From a virus (lineage: Duplodnaviria; Heunggongvirae; Uroviricota; Caudoviricetes), in IMG/VR virus record IMGVR_UViG_3300021399_004731: DNA of 64,000 nt. One strand, written 5' to 3'. The position numbers and the translations under genes were made by a program. The notes under the pieces were generated by a model. The model worked only from the letters and a program-made list of their open reading frames with translations. It was not told the DNA's origin and did not search any database. This document shows positions 28,085 to 38,415 of this stretch, in pieces. Positions within the stretch are counted from its first letter, which is position 1. Each line of letters begins with the position of its first letter.

Positions 28085-28501
28085 TCACTGTCTGTCATCA
28101 ACAGTCTTGATGCGTAATGGCTTACCGCAGTCTGGGCAAAAGCGTGGCTCATCAGATGCTGACTTTGGCCATCCGCATGCATCACAGTAGACAGCAAACT
28201 GCTTTTCTGTTGGTCTAGGCGTGCCACAGTCTGGGCAGAACATGGAATCGTTCTTGCGCCCGCATGTTGGGCAGTACCAGATGAGCTTGCCTGCACTTCT
28301 CTTGGTCTTCTGCATGGCTGGTCTAGGCTTGCCGCAGTTCTTGCAGTAATGATTTGTATTGGGATTGACCTCAGAGCACTCGCAGACCCAGAAGCCGTTC
28401 AGCTTCGTGCTGTCTGGTCTCTCGGTATTCTTGAGATTGGCATAGCCGTCATATCCGTTTGTATTATTCATATTATTCATATTATTTACATTATTATCCA
28501 T
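28085..28501 (-). CDS. Multi zinc-ribbon protein
   Basis: Five CxxCG pairs (CKNCGKPRP, CPTCGRKN, CPDCGTPRP, CDACGWPK, CPDCGKPL). Low-complexity Asn-rich N-terminus. Confidence 0.5.
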   Translation of the reverse strand: MDNNVNNMNNMNNTNGYDGYANLKNTERPDSTKLNGFWVCECSEVNPNTNHYCKNCGKPRPAMQKTKRSAGKLIWYCPTCGRKNDSMFCPDCGTPRPTEKQFAVYCDACGWPKSASDEPRFCPDCGKPLRIKTVDDRQ

Positions 28502-28543
28502 ATTTTAATCCTCCTGGGTTTTGGAATACTGTGCTGAGCAACA

Positions 28544-29125
28544 TTAATCGCCCATTATGTAGTAGTCATGTGACTTGTCGTATCTGAATCCTGATGCCTT
28601 CAGGAAGTCAGCAAACCGTGGCTGACATGATTCCGTCAGCCTGGCTATCAGTGTCGTGATGCTGTCGTCAAGATTGTCCAGCACCTCAAAGAAGGCAGAC
28701 TGGGCAAGCTTTAGCTCATCCTCATCATCATCCCTGACAAAGCATGAGATGCTGGCAAATCTGTAAGCAATGACTTCTTCCATTTCTATTCTGACGTAGA
28801 TGCCTTTTTCATCCTTTCTTTCATAGGAGAACGGATAGACATGGATGTCATCTACATGGTTGTTAGGCAGTCCTGTCCTGTTCATTTCATAGGAGTTGAC
28901 ATCACCAAGATGCCTCTTCTGCTCATGCGTGCGTCCATCAATGGGCACATCGCCGACAATGATGACATGAGGCCCAGGCTGTGATGCTGGAAGCTGATGA
29001 GGAGGCGTATAGCCAGGCAGTCCAGAGGACAGGTATGAATTCATCATCAGCTGATTATCCATCATCATTTGTCTATGCAAATCCATCATAGGCATGACTG
29101 TTGCAATGATATCTGTATCCTGCAT
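28544..29125 (-). CDS. Hypothetical protein
   Basis: ORF track only. Confidence 0.35.
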   Translation of the reverse strand: MQDTDIIATVMPMMDLHRQMMMDNQLMMNSYLSSGLPGYTPPHQLPASQPGPHVIIVGDVPIDGRTHEQKRHLGDVNSYEMNRTGLPNNHVDDIHVYPFSYERKDEKGIYVRIEMEEVIAYRFASISCFVRDDDEDELKLAQSAFFEVLDNLDDSITTLIARLTESCQPRFADFLKASGFRYDKSHDYYIMGD

Positions 29126-29131
29126 AATACA

Positions 29132-29668
29132 TCACCTGTAATAGCCATCAGCCATGTATTCGGCATCACTGAAGCCAAGAATAGCATACATGACAGAAGG
29201 CAGGAAGAGAGCCAGGATGCCAAACCTGATGTCATAGCCAAACTTCGTGCAGACCCTGAATCCGCATATGATTCTGACAATCTCATGAATGATAAGCAGA
29301 GGATAGGAAATCAGCATCATGATGCCTCCTGCACTCCCCATGCCATCGGCCATGACGGATGCCTCAGAGACATTAAGCATGGCTCCGCCAGCAACAATCA
29401 GGAAGACGCCAATCATGCCAGGAATGGCAACGATGGGATTCATGCCTGAGATGTCTACAAAATCCCAGATATTGAGCAGAGGCACAAGAGCATGCCAGCC
29501 AGGTCTGTCAGCCTTTTCCAGCATTCTCCACAGGCCTGCAATAGCCACGATAATAAGAATGATAATCAGTACGGAAATGACGGGACTGTTGATAAAGTCC
29601 ATCACCCCATTGCTGGATGATGCCGATGTGGCATCTGATGAAATTTCTGTATAATCTATTTTAATCAC
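29132..29668 (-). CDS. Polytopic membrane protein
   Basis: ORF track. Four hydrophobic helices. Confidence 0.4.
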   Translation of the reverse strand: MIKIDYTEISSDATSASSSNGVMDFINSPVISVLIIILIIVAIAGLWRMLEKADRPGWHALVPLLNIWDFVDISGMNPIVAIPGMIGVFLIVAGGAMLNVSEASVMADGMGSAGGIMMLISYPLLIIHEIVRIICGFRVCTKFGYDIRFGILALFLPSVMYAILGFSDAEYMADGYYR

Positions 29669-30368
29669 CTCCAGGACGCTCGTGCATTGTTACGCTATAT
29701 GGATGATGATAAGTTGTGAAAAGAAAATGGATGCCATCATTCTGGCTGGTAAGGCTGACGCTGCAGGGCACGATATCAACATCCCTGAACATGTCAGCAA
29801 TATCCCTGTGCTCTGGTGCAATCTCGTCAGCAATCCACAGTATCTTCCTGATTCCTGTCAGTCTTGCATAGGCGACTATCTGTCCCAGATGCTTGCTGTC
29901 CGACAGTCCGAACTGGTTCTCTACGATGAAGGCATTCTGTCTGTCGTTACGCTGATGATAGACCATATCCATCCTGTAGTCACCTACAGGACATTCCGTC
30001 TTCCACAGGACGGCATCATCCATACCAAAGACAGCTGAAGCTATCTCCTCGATGACATGCTGTCCTGACAGCCATGGTGTAAAGTTGAGTGCCTCGTTTC
30101 TGAAGACCTGATTGAGGCTGAGACGTCCGTGCCTGTTGAGGCATGAATCCTGAATATACTGCGTTGATTTTCTTATCACTGTCCTTTCATCTCCATTGAC
30201 AAATCTAAGCAAAAAAAGGGAAAACGGAATTGCAGGCACTTCAATGACGGCCACCCCGTATCTGCTTTGTACGTTTAAGGCTGTGCTCGATGAGTGTACA
30301 GCGTATATGAGCCATCGGGCATTCATCCATATGATTCCTGCCACAGGCTGCTGCTGCTGTCCATTCAT
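29661..30368 (-). CDS. Hypothetical protein, possibly PD-(D/E)xK/NucS-like fold (weak)
   Basis: Segment MDMVYHQRNDRQNAFIVENQFGLSDSKHLGQIVAYARL loosely resembles the D...E.K...Q..Y arrangement of DUF91/RecB-like nucleases. Not confirmed. Confidence 0.3.
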   Translation of the reverse strand: MNGQQQQPVAGIIWMNARWLIYAVHSSSTALNVQSRYGVAVIEVPAIPFSLFLLRFVNGDERTVIRKSTQYIQDSCLNRHGRLSLNQVFRNEALNFTPWLSGQHVIEEIASAVFGMDDAVLWKTECPVGDYRMDMVYHQRNDRQNAFIVENQFGLSDSKHLGQIVAYARLTGIRKILWIADEIAPEHRDIADMFRDVDIVPCSVSLTSQNDGIHFLFTTYHHPYSVTMHERPGGD

Positions 30369-30878
30369 CCCATAAACGCTTTAAGCATGCAGGATGGATA
30401 CCATCGTCATGACTGTTTTTCCATTTTCTCTTCTTGTTTTTGTGATAAAGCATCTCGGCCAGCTACGACCTTGATGCTTTTTAATTATAGGAATGCCTCA
30501 AATTAGCGGTAAGAAGCACTCGTCCGCTGTCATGTCTGACGCTACTCTTCCATGACTGCGGGTCGCAGCTATCGTCCTGACTCCCACAGGAACCGTAGGC
30601 ATGGCGTCCTAAAATAGCGGCTGTAGATATTTAATCATATTATTTTGAAAAAGTTACATAATTTTACGAAATATCATGACATTCTTCACTACAGAATTGT
30701 GTGCAGAATGTTTTTAATATGATTAAATTTTCAGTACACCCTGTCTCCCAGGACAAAGATATCAAAAAAGGGTGATGCCAGCTAGAGGGCATTCAAAGAA
30801 TTCTCTGGCAGCTGACCTCTTAGTGTTGCAAAAAAAGAAAGAAAGGGCGTGCAATTATGCACGCAATGGTGAACATAA

Positions 30879-31226
30879 ATGTTATCGAATGAAGAAAAAG
30901 CAGTCATTAAGTCTCAAGTTTCAGGAGGTTACCGATACAAAAAGGTTATTGTCCTGGACCATGGCAAATGCCTTGTGGACGTTTTCGTTGAAAAACGTAA
31001 ATGCGACTACATCAGGCATGGCGGTGAAGTCTTCTTCTGCCTTAATGGCTACAAGCCATTCACAATGAAACTTGATGGATGGCGATTCAAATATGATGAT
31101 GGAAGAGTATTGCGTTCCATTATGGGCATTGATGACTTTATGAAAATGTTCGATTATATTTATGATTCTCTTCTTGAGGGTCAGAAAAAAATTGAACAGA
31201 AAATTGCAACAGCATGTGGCGAATAG
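30879..31226 (+). CDS. Hypothetical protein
   Basis: ORF track. Isolated plus-strand ORF. Confidence 0.3.
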   Translation: MLSNEEKAVIKSQVSGGYRYKKVIVLDHGKCLVDVFVEKRKCDYIRHGGEVFFCLNGYKPFTMKLDGWRFKYDDGRVLRSIMGIDDFMKMFDYIYDSLLEGQKKIEQKIATACGE

Positions 31227-31283
31227 CCCTTGCTGTTCTTTTTTTGCGCAAAAAAAGAGACAGTCTCAATGACTGCCTCATTA

Positions 31284-32663
31284 TTATTCTTTTGTCTGCG
31301 CATCTATGATGTCTGCATCAGGATGACCATCAGCATTTGACATGCTCACATTGATGTCCTTCCTGAAGTCCTTAGTGATAAGTCCCTTAGGGTCCACGCC
31401 CGTCAGGTCGTTAATCAGCTGCATGCTTGATGCCAGGTTTCTTGCTACGTTGTCAGAATAGCCTCCTACATCATCGCCATTGCCGACAATCGTCACCTTG
31501 TCAATGCCAGAAAGTGCATCTGCCTGAGCCTGTGCCATGGCGTTGAAGAGAGGTACGAGCAGGTCCAGCTTAGCTGCATCGTTATACTTTGCAAATGCCT
31601 CTGCCTTCTTTTCAAGACCTTCAGCCTCTGCAATAGCCTTTGCTCTGACGGCATCTGCTTCTGCCTGTCCTTTCAGTCTGATGGCATCAGCTTCTGCCTT
31701 TGCCTTCGCCTTGACGGCTTCGGCCTCTGCCTCTGCCTGCTTGATGGCTGCAATCTTTCTGGCATCTGCTTCAATCTCTGCCTGCTTCCTGTTGGCTTCA
31801 GCGGGCTTAATCTGAGTGGCAATCAGTTCCTGTTCGGCTCTTGTTGCCTGCACCTGAGCCAGCTCGATGTTCTTCATCTCGATGGCCTTATTAGCCTCAA
31901 TCTTTGCATTTTCCTGTTCAGCACGATAGTTCTCTATCTTGACCTGCTTGTCCTTGTTAGCAAGAGCGATAAGAGCCTCAGCCTCTGACTGTGCCTTTGC
32001 TGATTCCTGATTGGCAGCGGAAGTCTTGATGTTGGCATCCCTCTGTCTTTCTGCCTTGGCAATATCAGCAGCAGACTTGGATTCAGCCATCTTAGGTTCA
32101 GTCTTGTTGGCAAAGTAGCCATCAGGCGTAGAGATGTCACTGAGCGTTACGGAATCCAGTGTCAGTCCCTGCTTTCTCAGGTCCTCAATGATATTGTTGG
32201 CAACAGAAACCTCAAACTTGGCTCTTTCACCGTTGATTTCCTCTGGTGTCAGTCCAGCCGCTACACTACGAAGCGAACCTGTGACAACAGATTCAGTAAC
32301 CTGAGAAATCTTTTCCAGTGTCTTCTTTGCACCATCGTTGCAGAACCTCTGTGTTGCCTCAATGACGGAATCACGGTCTGAAGCAATCTTGACGACTGCT
32401 GTGCCTGTCAGCTTGACATTAATGTCACCTTTTGCAAGGGCATCCACCTCGATAGCAAGCGGAATGGCTTCAAGAGAGACATAGCAGACGGTAGAGAAGA
32501 AAGGCACCCTGAATCCGTTTTTTCCAATCAGAACCCTGCTCTTTCCAAATCCCGTTATGACGGCTGCCTTGTCCACTGGCACCCTCACAAAGGAAATGGA
32601 ATACAGGATGACCAGCAGAATGATAATGCCTATTGTTGTTGTAAGCATTGTGAATGGTATCAT
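31284..32663 (-). CDS. floT: Flotillin-like SPFH/Band 7 protein
   Basis: N-terminal TM hairpin plus SPFH domain (VITGFGKSRVLIGKNGFRVPFF). Long Ala/Glu-rich coiled coil with AEAEA repeats (EAEAVKAKAKAEADAIRLKGQAEADAVRAKAIAEAE). Confidence 0.8.
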   Translation of the reverse strand: MIPFTMLTTTIGIIILLVILYSISFVRVPVDKAAVITGFGKSRVLIGKNGFRVPFFSTVCYVSLEAIPLAIEVDALAKGDINVKLTGTAVVKIASDRDSVIEATQRFCNDGAKKTLEKISQVTESVVTGSLRSVAAGLTPEEINGERAKFEVSVANNIIEDLRKQGLTLDSVTLSDISTPDGYFANKTEPKMAESKSAADIAKAERQRDANIKTSAANQESAKAQSEAEALIALANKDKQVKIENYRAEQENAKIEANKAIEMKNIELAQVQATRAEQELIATQIKPAEANRKQAEIEADARKIAAIKQAEAEAEAVKAKAKAEADAIRLKGQAEADAVRAKAIAEAEGLEKKAEAFAKYNDAAKLDLLVPLFNAMAQAQADALSGIDKVTIVGNGDDVGGYSDNVARNLASSMQLINDLTGVDPKGLITKDFRKDINVSMSNADGHPDADIIDAQTKE

Positions 32664-32753
32664 TATAAAACCTCCAATATTCTTATTTCCATTAGAATGG
32701 ATACGTATAATTAATCATACAAACAGCATTTTCTGTATGATTCTGTCGGATTT

Positions 32754-33299
32754 CTAGATTAAATCCAGTTCTTTCAGTTCTTCTTCGGTATAGTATCTGA
32801 CTACTCCAAGATATGCCAGCCTGCGAGTAAGTGTCTTTCTAAAGGCAAAAACGAGATATGTGTCCCCATTGTCAGCTAATGTATATTCTAAGGAATCACA
32901 TGGCACCGAGCGAATGACCGTTCCATCGCCAGGAAAGGCAATATCAAGATAGTAGTTTTCTTTATCCTTGATTCTGTCTATCTGTTCGTATTTGTTACAT
33001 ACTATGCCATGCTTTACAGCTGTCAGTTTCTTCTTGAAAATGTATGATGGCAATCCGATTATTATCACAATCGCCTGCCAGTAGACAAACTGAGCAATGG
33101 CAGTTTCACTATTCTTGCCAAATATAAGTCTTAGAATGAGAATCACATCAAAAAACAGCACAATGCCATAGATAATCAAGGATTCTATGTTCTTCTCCTT
33201 TCGATGTCTCTCAATGCTGTATCTTTCGTCTTCTGAGATATCCTCAAGAGGCAGGTCTTCAACATCAATATCCCTATAAGTCTTCTTATTATTATCCAT
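32754..33299 (-). CDS. Membrane protein upstream of flotillin, possibly NfeD/YuaF-like
   Basis: Two TM helices followed by a beta-rich C-terminal domain. Position immediately 5' of the flotillin gene as in nfeD-floT pairs. Assignment is tentative. Confidence 0.4.
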   Translation of the reverse strand: MDNNKKTYRDIDVEDLPLEDISEDERYSIERHRKEKNIESLIIYGIVLFFDVILILRLIFGKNSETAIAQFVYWQAIVIIIGLPSYIFKKKLTAVKHGIVCNKYEQIDRIKDKENYYLDIAFPGDGTVIRSVPCDSLEYTLADNGDTYLVFAFRKTLTRRLAYLGVVRYYTEEELKELDLI

Positions 33300-33770
33300 T
33301 ATTTATCACCTCAATATTAAGATGTTTATATTTAATCATATCAATGCATGATTCTCAGAGGAAGCAAAAAAACGTGAAATTAATCACGGCTTTTATTGCT
33401 TGCTGGAAAGAACAGCATATGTGGGATGCCCCTTGAAGGCAAATACCAGCACTTTCTGTCTTTTTCTTGCTTCATCGTAGTCATCATGCAGACATGTGAT
33501 GTTATTGATGCGTGTACCGCTTTCTGGAAAGACGACATCAAACGTTGTAGGCCTTTTCCCGTAGACATCTCTTTTGATGTGCCTGTCTACGACAATGCCA
33601 TAGTCAACTACTCATGACTGAAGTCACGTGGCTCCTTGCCTTATTTACAAAAAAATATGAGGCGAATTATTATTCATGGATACTGTCTTTAGCATCCTTT
33701 CGCCTCATCCATTTATATTATATCATATTATTTTTGTATTTCAATATGATATGAGTATTTTCTTTGCTTT

Positions 33771-34061
33771 TTAGTATTTGATGATATTCATATCATTTTC
33801 ATCAAGCAGAATGCCGTTGCCGTTTGCAAGGTTGTTGACCTGATTGACGAGGAATGCCTTATAGTTGCGTACAAGTCCATCAATATCCCTCTTGTTGTTG
33901 AAGAAGAGCTTTGTCTTCGTTCCATTGAGGGAGATGTCATACAGACTGTCACGAGGAGCCTCTGCTGCAAGGAACTCATTAGCCTGTGCAATTTCCTTGA
34001 TAAGCTTGTTGATTTCCTTCAGAGCGTCCTGCTTCTGCTTCAAATTCTTAATCTGAGCCAT
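33771..34061 (-). CDS. Small coiled-coil protein
   Basis: ORF track. 96 aa. Confidence 0.35.
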   Translation of the reverse strand: MAQIKNLKQKQDALKEINKLIKEIAQANEFLAAEAPRDSLYDISLNGTKTKLFFNNKRDIDGLVRNYKAFLVNQVNNLANGNGILLDENDMNIIKY

Positions 34062-34129
34062 TCGTTTGCACCTCCATTATTAAGATTCTTATATATTTAA
34101 TCATATTAATTCTATTTATGATGTTTTTT

Positions 34130-35566
34130 TTACAGTCTTCCTGCGCCAGCATAATGTGCTCCATAGTAGGAGTCACTGAGACTGGATGTGATGACGCCTT
34201 TTCTGGCATTGGCGGCATGCGTGAACCTGTTGTTGCCGATATAGATGCCAACATGGGAAATACCTGACTTATAGGTGCCCTGGAAGAACACGAGGTCTCC
34301 TGACCTAAGGTCAGTGACACGTCTTGTAGCATTGAACTGAGCTTCAGCTGTCCTTGGAAGGTTCTTGCCCTGGCTGCGATAGACAAACTGGGCAAAGCTT
34401 GAGCAGTCATAGACGTTATCATATCCTGATGCACCAAAGACATAGGCAGAGCCAATCTTCGTGTTGGCAGTTGCAGCCATGTTTCTGCCCTTCTCTGCCT
34501 CGACATCAAACACTTCGACAGCCATTGACACTGATGAGGCATTGCCTGCCTTGTCATTTGCTGTATAGGTGACGCTGTAGTGTCCTTCAGCTGATGTGTT
34601 GACATTGCTTGAGACAGCTACTGTCTGCTTCACATCACCGTCCTTGCTATCCACTGCTGAGGCAATGTAGCTGGCAGGGTCAAATGATGCACCAGCTGGA
34701 ATTCTGACAGAATCAGCCGTCAAAGCAATGGCAGGTGCTGACATGTCTGTAACAGTGATGTCTGCTTCCTTGACGGTCTTGTTGCCAGAGCCGTCTGTAG
34801 CAGTGACCTTAAGATGCTGTGTGCCTTCCTTCTTTGTATCAAGAGGCACATCAGATGACAGCTGTACGCCTGGCAAATTGTCTGATGCTTCAAAGTAGTC
34901 AGAGAGGTCTGCACTTCCTCCATAGTCTGCCTTATCTGCCTTCTGGTTCAGCACAGGAGCCTCATCATCCATGACATTGAACTGGAATGTCTTTCTGGTC
35001 CTGTTGCCTGATGTGTCATCCACTTCAGCCGTGACTTCCTGAATGCCAGGCTTTGTGGTATCTATCTGTCCGCTGAACGTGATGAAGTCTGAGACATCGC
35101 CATCGGCATTGTCCTTTGCCTTGATGTAGTCAGCAGGATTGCTGCTGCCGTTTGCCTTGACGCTGATGACATAGCCATCCATGTATCTGCTTGTGAATAC
35201 GGGTGCTTCCCTGTCTACGACATCGACCTGAATGGTCTTTTCTGCTGTATTCTTGAAAGCATCTGTAGCCGTGACCTTGATGCTATAGGTGCCAAGCTGT
35301 CTTGTGTCAAGAGAAGACGTGTCCGCCTTCACATCAAGAGGCAGTGATGAGTCATCCGTGACCTCGACAGCATCCGTACTGAACTTCATGCCATAGGGCA
35401 CTTCAAGTATGCTCGTCCTGATGACGGGAGGCTTGCTATCAGCAGAAGCAAAACCAACAAGAGAAAAGGCTCCCAGACAGGCAAGAGGAATGAGCATTCC
35501 CCTTCTTGCCATGGCTGAGAGTCCATGCTGGCCATCTGCTGTACGATTCTTTGTTATTTCCTTCAT
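34130..35566 (-). CDS. Secreted NlpC/P60 (C40) cell-wall peptidase with N-terminal tandem Ig-like domains
   Basis: Signal-peptide-like N-terminus. C-terminal NlpC/P60 catalytic region YDCSSFAQFVY...GDLVFF...SHVGIYIG (Cys-His). Repeated about 80-aa Ig-like modules (...DAFKNTAEKTIQVDVVDREAPV...). Confidence 0.75.
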   Translation of the reverse strand: MKEITKNRTADGQHGLSAMARRGMLIPLACLGAFSLVGFASADSKPPVIRTSILEVPYGMKFSTDAVEVTDDSSLPLDVKADTSSLDTRQLGTYSIKVTATDAFKNTAEKTIQVDVVDREAPVFTSRYMDGYVISVKANGSSNPADYIKAKDNADGDVSDFITFSGQIDTTKPGIQEVTAEVDDTSGNRTRKTFQFNVMDDEAPVLNQKADKADYGGSADLSDYFEASDNLPGVQLSSDVPLDTKKEGTQHLKVTATDGSGNKTVKEADITVTDMSAPAIALTADSVRIPAGASFDPASYIASAVDSKDGDVKQTVAVSSNVNTSAEGHYSVTYTANDKAGNASSVSMAVEVFDVEAEKGRNMAATANTKIGSAYVFGASGYDNVYDCSSFAQFVYRSQGKNLPRTAEAQFNATRRVTDLRSGDLVFFQGTYKSGISHVGIYIGNNRFTHAANARKGVITSSLSDSYYGAHYAGAGRL

Positions 35567-35584
35567 TTTTTTCTCCTTTTTTTC

Positions 35585-36973
35585 TTACCAGGCTACAGCA
35601 ATATCCAGCTGATAAGGATTGTCCTTGATGAACGTGCCTGTATCTGTTACGATGCCACATCCTAATGATGTTGCAACGAGACTGCCGAGTGGATGAATGC
35701 TCTGGTCTGCAGCAACCATGATGTAGTCGCCCAGCATCTTGACGCCATCATCTCTCACCCAGTATCTGTCATTATTGCCTGCTCGTCTCATGATGTTGAC
35801 GACACCATTCATTGGCAGGTTGTAGTAAGTCTCCTTGCCAGTAGGACCAGTGACGGTTCCGTTGCTCTTGTTAAGCCTTGGACCTTTCCAGTTTTCTGAC
35901 TTGACGACTTCTGGGTGTCTGACAATGACATTCAGGCTTGCTGCTGACGAGTTGCCAGCCTTGTCTTTGACAGTATAAGTGACTGCATATGTGCCCATCC
36001 TGCTCATGTCTGGCTGACCTGATACAGTGACGCTGCCTTTGACATCTCCATCATGTGCGTCCGTAGCACTTGCCACGTAGTCCATTGCGTTGAACTTCTT
36101 GCCCATTTCTGTCTTGACTTCATTTGTAGCAAGCGTCAGCACTGGTGGCGTCATGTCCTGGACATCAAGCGTAAAGCTCTTTGTCGTCTTGTTGCCAGAT
36201 TCATCAGCAGCCGTGACGTTGATTGTCTGCTTGCCTTCCTTCTTTGAATCAATAGGCACATCAGAAGTCAGCGTGACCTGTGAGAAGCTGTCCTTGCCTT
36301 CAAAGTAGTCAGAGAGATTGGTGCTTCCTCCATAGCTGACCTTATCTGTCTTCTGTGTCAGTTCTGGGGCTGTGGAATCCTCCACCATGAAGGAGACATT
36401 CTTGGATGCCTTGTTTCCTGATACATCCTCGACTTCATACGTAACATACTGCACGCCAGTCTTTGATGTATCAACAGTGCCGTCAGCCTTGATGAATGGT
36501 GTAACGTCTCCATCAACATCATCAATGGCCGTAACATAATCCATTGGATTGAATGCTGTTCCAGCCTCAACCATGATATCTTTCTTGGAATGCCTGATGA
36601 CGGACAGCTTAGGAGCTTTCACGTCCTTGACAACCACCTTGATAGTCTTGGCTGAGCTGTTGCCAGCGGAGTCAGTAGCAACGATATCCGTAAAATAAGT
36701 GCCAACTGAAGCTGTATTGACAGACGTTCCATCATACTGAACGTCAATAGCGTCTCTTGGAGTCTTGTTATCCGTAACCTTGAGCTTGGAAGCATCAAGG
36801 GCGGTCTTGTAAGGCACCGTGATTTCATCTGTCACAATGACAGGAGCTTCATCATCATATCCTGCAAAGCCGACAGCCGCAAAGGATGAGCCAATGATGA
36901 CAGCTGGAACGAAGAACTTCCTGTACCTGCTCATGAAAGTGCCTGTTTTTTTCTTGCTGTTTTCGATAATCAA
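35585..36973 (-). CDS. Secreted 3D-domain (MltA/YabE-like) cell-wall-binding/lytic protein with the same N-terminal Ig-like repeats
   Basis: C-terminus GDYIMVAADQSIHPLGSLVATSLGCGIVTDTGTFIKDNPYQLDIAV matches the 3D domain (three conserved Asp). N-terminal repeat modules are homologous to those of 34130..35566. Confidence 0.65.
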   Translation of the reverse strand: MIIENSKKKTGTFMSRYRKFFVPAVIIGSSFAAVGFAGYDDEAPVIVTDEITVPYKTALDASKLKVTDNKTPRDAIDVQYDGTSVNTASVGTYFTDIVATDSAGNSSAKTIKVVVKDVKAPKLSVIRHSKKDIMVEAGTAFNPMDYVTAIDDVDGDVTPFIKADGTVDTSKTGVQYVTYEVEDVSGNKASKNVSFMVEDSTAPELTQKTDKVSYGGSTNLSDYFEGKDSFSQVTLTSDVPIDSKKEGKQTINVTAADESGNKTTKSFTLDVQDMTPPVLTLATNEVKTEMGKKFNAMDYVASATDAHDGDVKGSVTVSGQPDMSRMGTYAVTYTVKDKAGNSSAASLNVIVRHPEVVKSENWKGPRLNKSNGTVTGPTGKETYYNLPMNGVVNIMRRAGNNDRYWVRDDGVKMLGDYIMVAADQSIHPLGSLVATSLGCGIVTDTGTFIKDNPYQLDIAVAW

Positions 36974-37167
36974 TCACCTCGTATTGCAGAATTCCGTCCT
37001 CCTCTGCTCCTCAGCATGTGACTCGAAATACCAGGCTCAGACATCAGTGATTTCAGAATTCTTAAGATTTTCTTAAATATTATATCACAATAATTCTAAA
37101 AGACAAACATATAGCCTATTAATATGACAAAAAAAGAAAAAACTGCCAATTGGCAGTCTCTTTCCTT

Positions 37168-37698
37168 CTATGTGATTGTCTCAGGGAGCACAATGATGCT
37201 GGTAGCAAGGGGCACGAGCACAACGCTGTCCCCTTTTCTGCAGTTCTTGGAAAGTCCATCCAGTTCAAGAGCCTCAATCAGCGTGCCATCCGACAGCCTG
37301 ACATCAGCATGCCAGCATCTCTTGCTGTTGGAATGCGTAGTGAAGTATTTGTATGTGATAAGGCCTGGATAGACAACGGTATCAGATGATACGGTATTTT
37401 TCATGCTGTCATGCAGGGGCTGGATGAACAGCAAGTTCATAAATATCATGATGACCAGTCCAGCCCATTCGCCAGCCTTTTGAGGAGGCTCGCTCATGAC
37501 AAACAGCACCAGCATAATGATATAGAGCAGCCAGAGAAACAGAATGCCTGTCCGATTCCAGAAGAGCATCCTTCTGACTTCTTTTAAATGTGCCACGGTG
37601 ATGGCTGTATGGATGGCAGAACTATGTTCGCTAAACGGTTCATCTGTGCATGTTGCCTTCTCCCTGTACATTCTTGCATTGAAAGCTTTCATGGACAT
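37168..37698 (-). CDS. Membrane protein
   Basis: ORF track. Two TM helices then a soluble C-terminal domain. Confidence 0.4.
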   Translation of the reverse strand: MSMKAFNARMYREKATCTDEPFSEHSSAIHTAITVAHLKEVRRMLFWNRTGILFLWLLYIIMLVLFVMSEPPQKAGEWAGLVIMIFMNLLFIQPLHDSMKNTVSSDTVVYPGLITYKYFTTHSNSKRCWHADVRLSDGTLIEALELDGLSKNCRKGDSVVLVPLATSIIVLPETIT

Positions 37699-37705
37699 TC
37701 ACTTC

Positions 37706-38344
37706 CTATTTGCAAAATGCCAGTATTGCACTGTCGCACGATACAACAACAAAACGAACAACCTTGAAGATAAAGACAACAACAAGCATCAGAACACCCA
37801 TGACAATGACAAGTGGTAGCATTCCCGTGAATGTTGAAGCCAGAATGCCAATGATAAAGAGCAGTGGAATAGACAGGAACAACAACAGAGCTGTAACGAC
37901 ACCTACAATCGTGCCGACTATGACAGAACTGTTCGTGATGGCAATGAGAGGCACATACTTTGCTACAAATTCAAGACCTCCTGTAGATTCTCCAATTACA
38001 GAGCAGATGCATATGAAGTAGGACAATCCCCATGCTACAAGGTCCTCATACATGCCTAGCAGAAAGTATCCTATGGCAATACGCACTGGATGACGTTCTG
38101 CTGGATTGACAATGAAGCTTCTGATGCCAGCAATTGCCGTGAAGAAGACAAACATATCAAGTGGCAATGTATTATAATTCAGAATGAATTTATGCATAGT
38201 GTCCTGAAGCTCGTAACCGACATCAGCTGAATTATAGAAAGGATAGTACAGAAAGTTTAGATGCGGCTTGAGGAGAAGATAAAGAACAACAGCCCCAGCA
38301 ATATAGGAAAGTGCCTGTATCAGCTTATTAGTATTCAATTTCAA
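37706..38344 (-). CDS. Polytopic membrane protein
   Basis: ORF track. At least five hydrophobic helices. Confidence 0.45.
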   Translation of the reverse strand: MKLNTNKLIQALSYIAGAVVLYLLLKPHLNFLYYPFYNSADVGYELQDTMHKFILNYNTLPLDMFVFFTAIAGIRSFIVNPAERHPVRIAIGYFLLGMYEDLVAWGLSYFICICSVIGESTGGLEFVAKYVPLIAITNSSVIVGTIVGVVTALLLFLSIPLLFIIGILASTFTGMLPLVIVMGVLMLVVVFIFKVVRFVVVSCDSAILAFCK

Positions 38345-38415
38345 TATAATTCACCTCCTCAAAGAATAATGTATATATATTATCACTAATTACACAAGAA
38401 AACATTTAGCAAACA

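Noticed and set aside
29661-30368. Calling 29661..30368 a PD-(D/E)xK nuclease
   Set aside because: Motif similarity to NucS/DUF91 is weak (ENQ instead of E.K). Left as hypothetical.
33380-33617. Two small overlapping ORFs in the 470-bp intergenic region, plus a 70-aa start-less open frame (VVDYGIVVDRHIKRDVYGKRP...)
   Set aside because: No start or RBS and no identifiable domain. Possibly a gene remnant, but not supportable as a feature.
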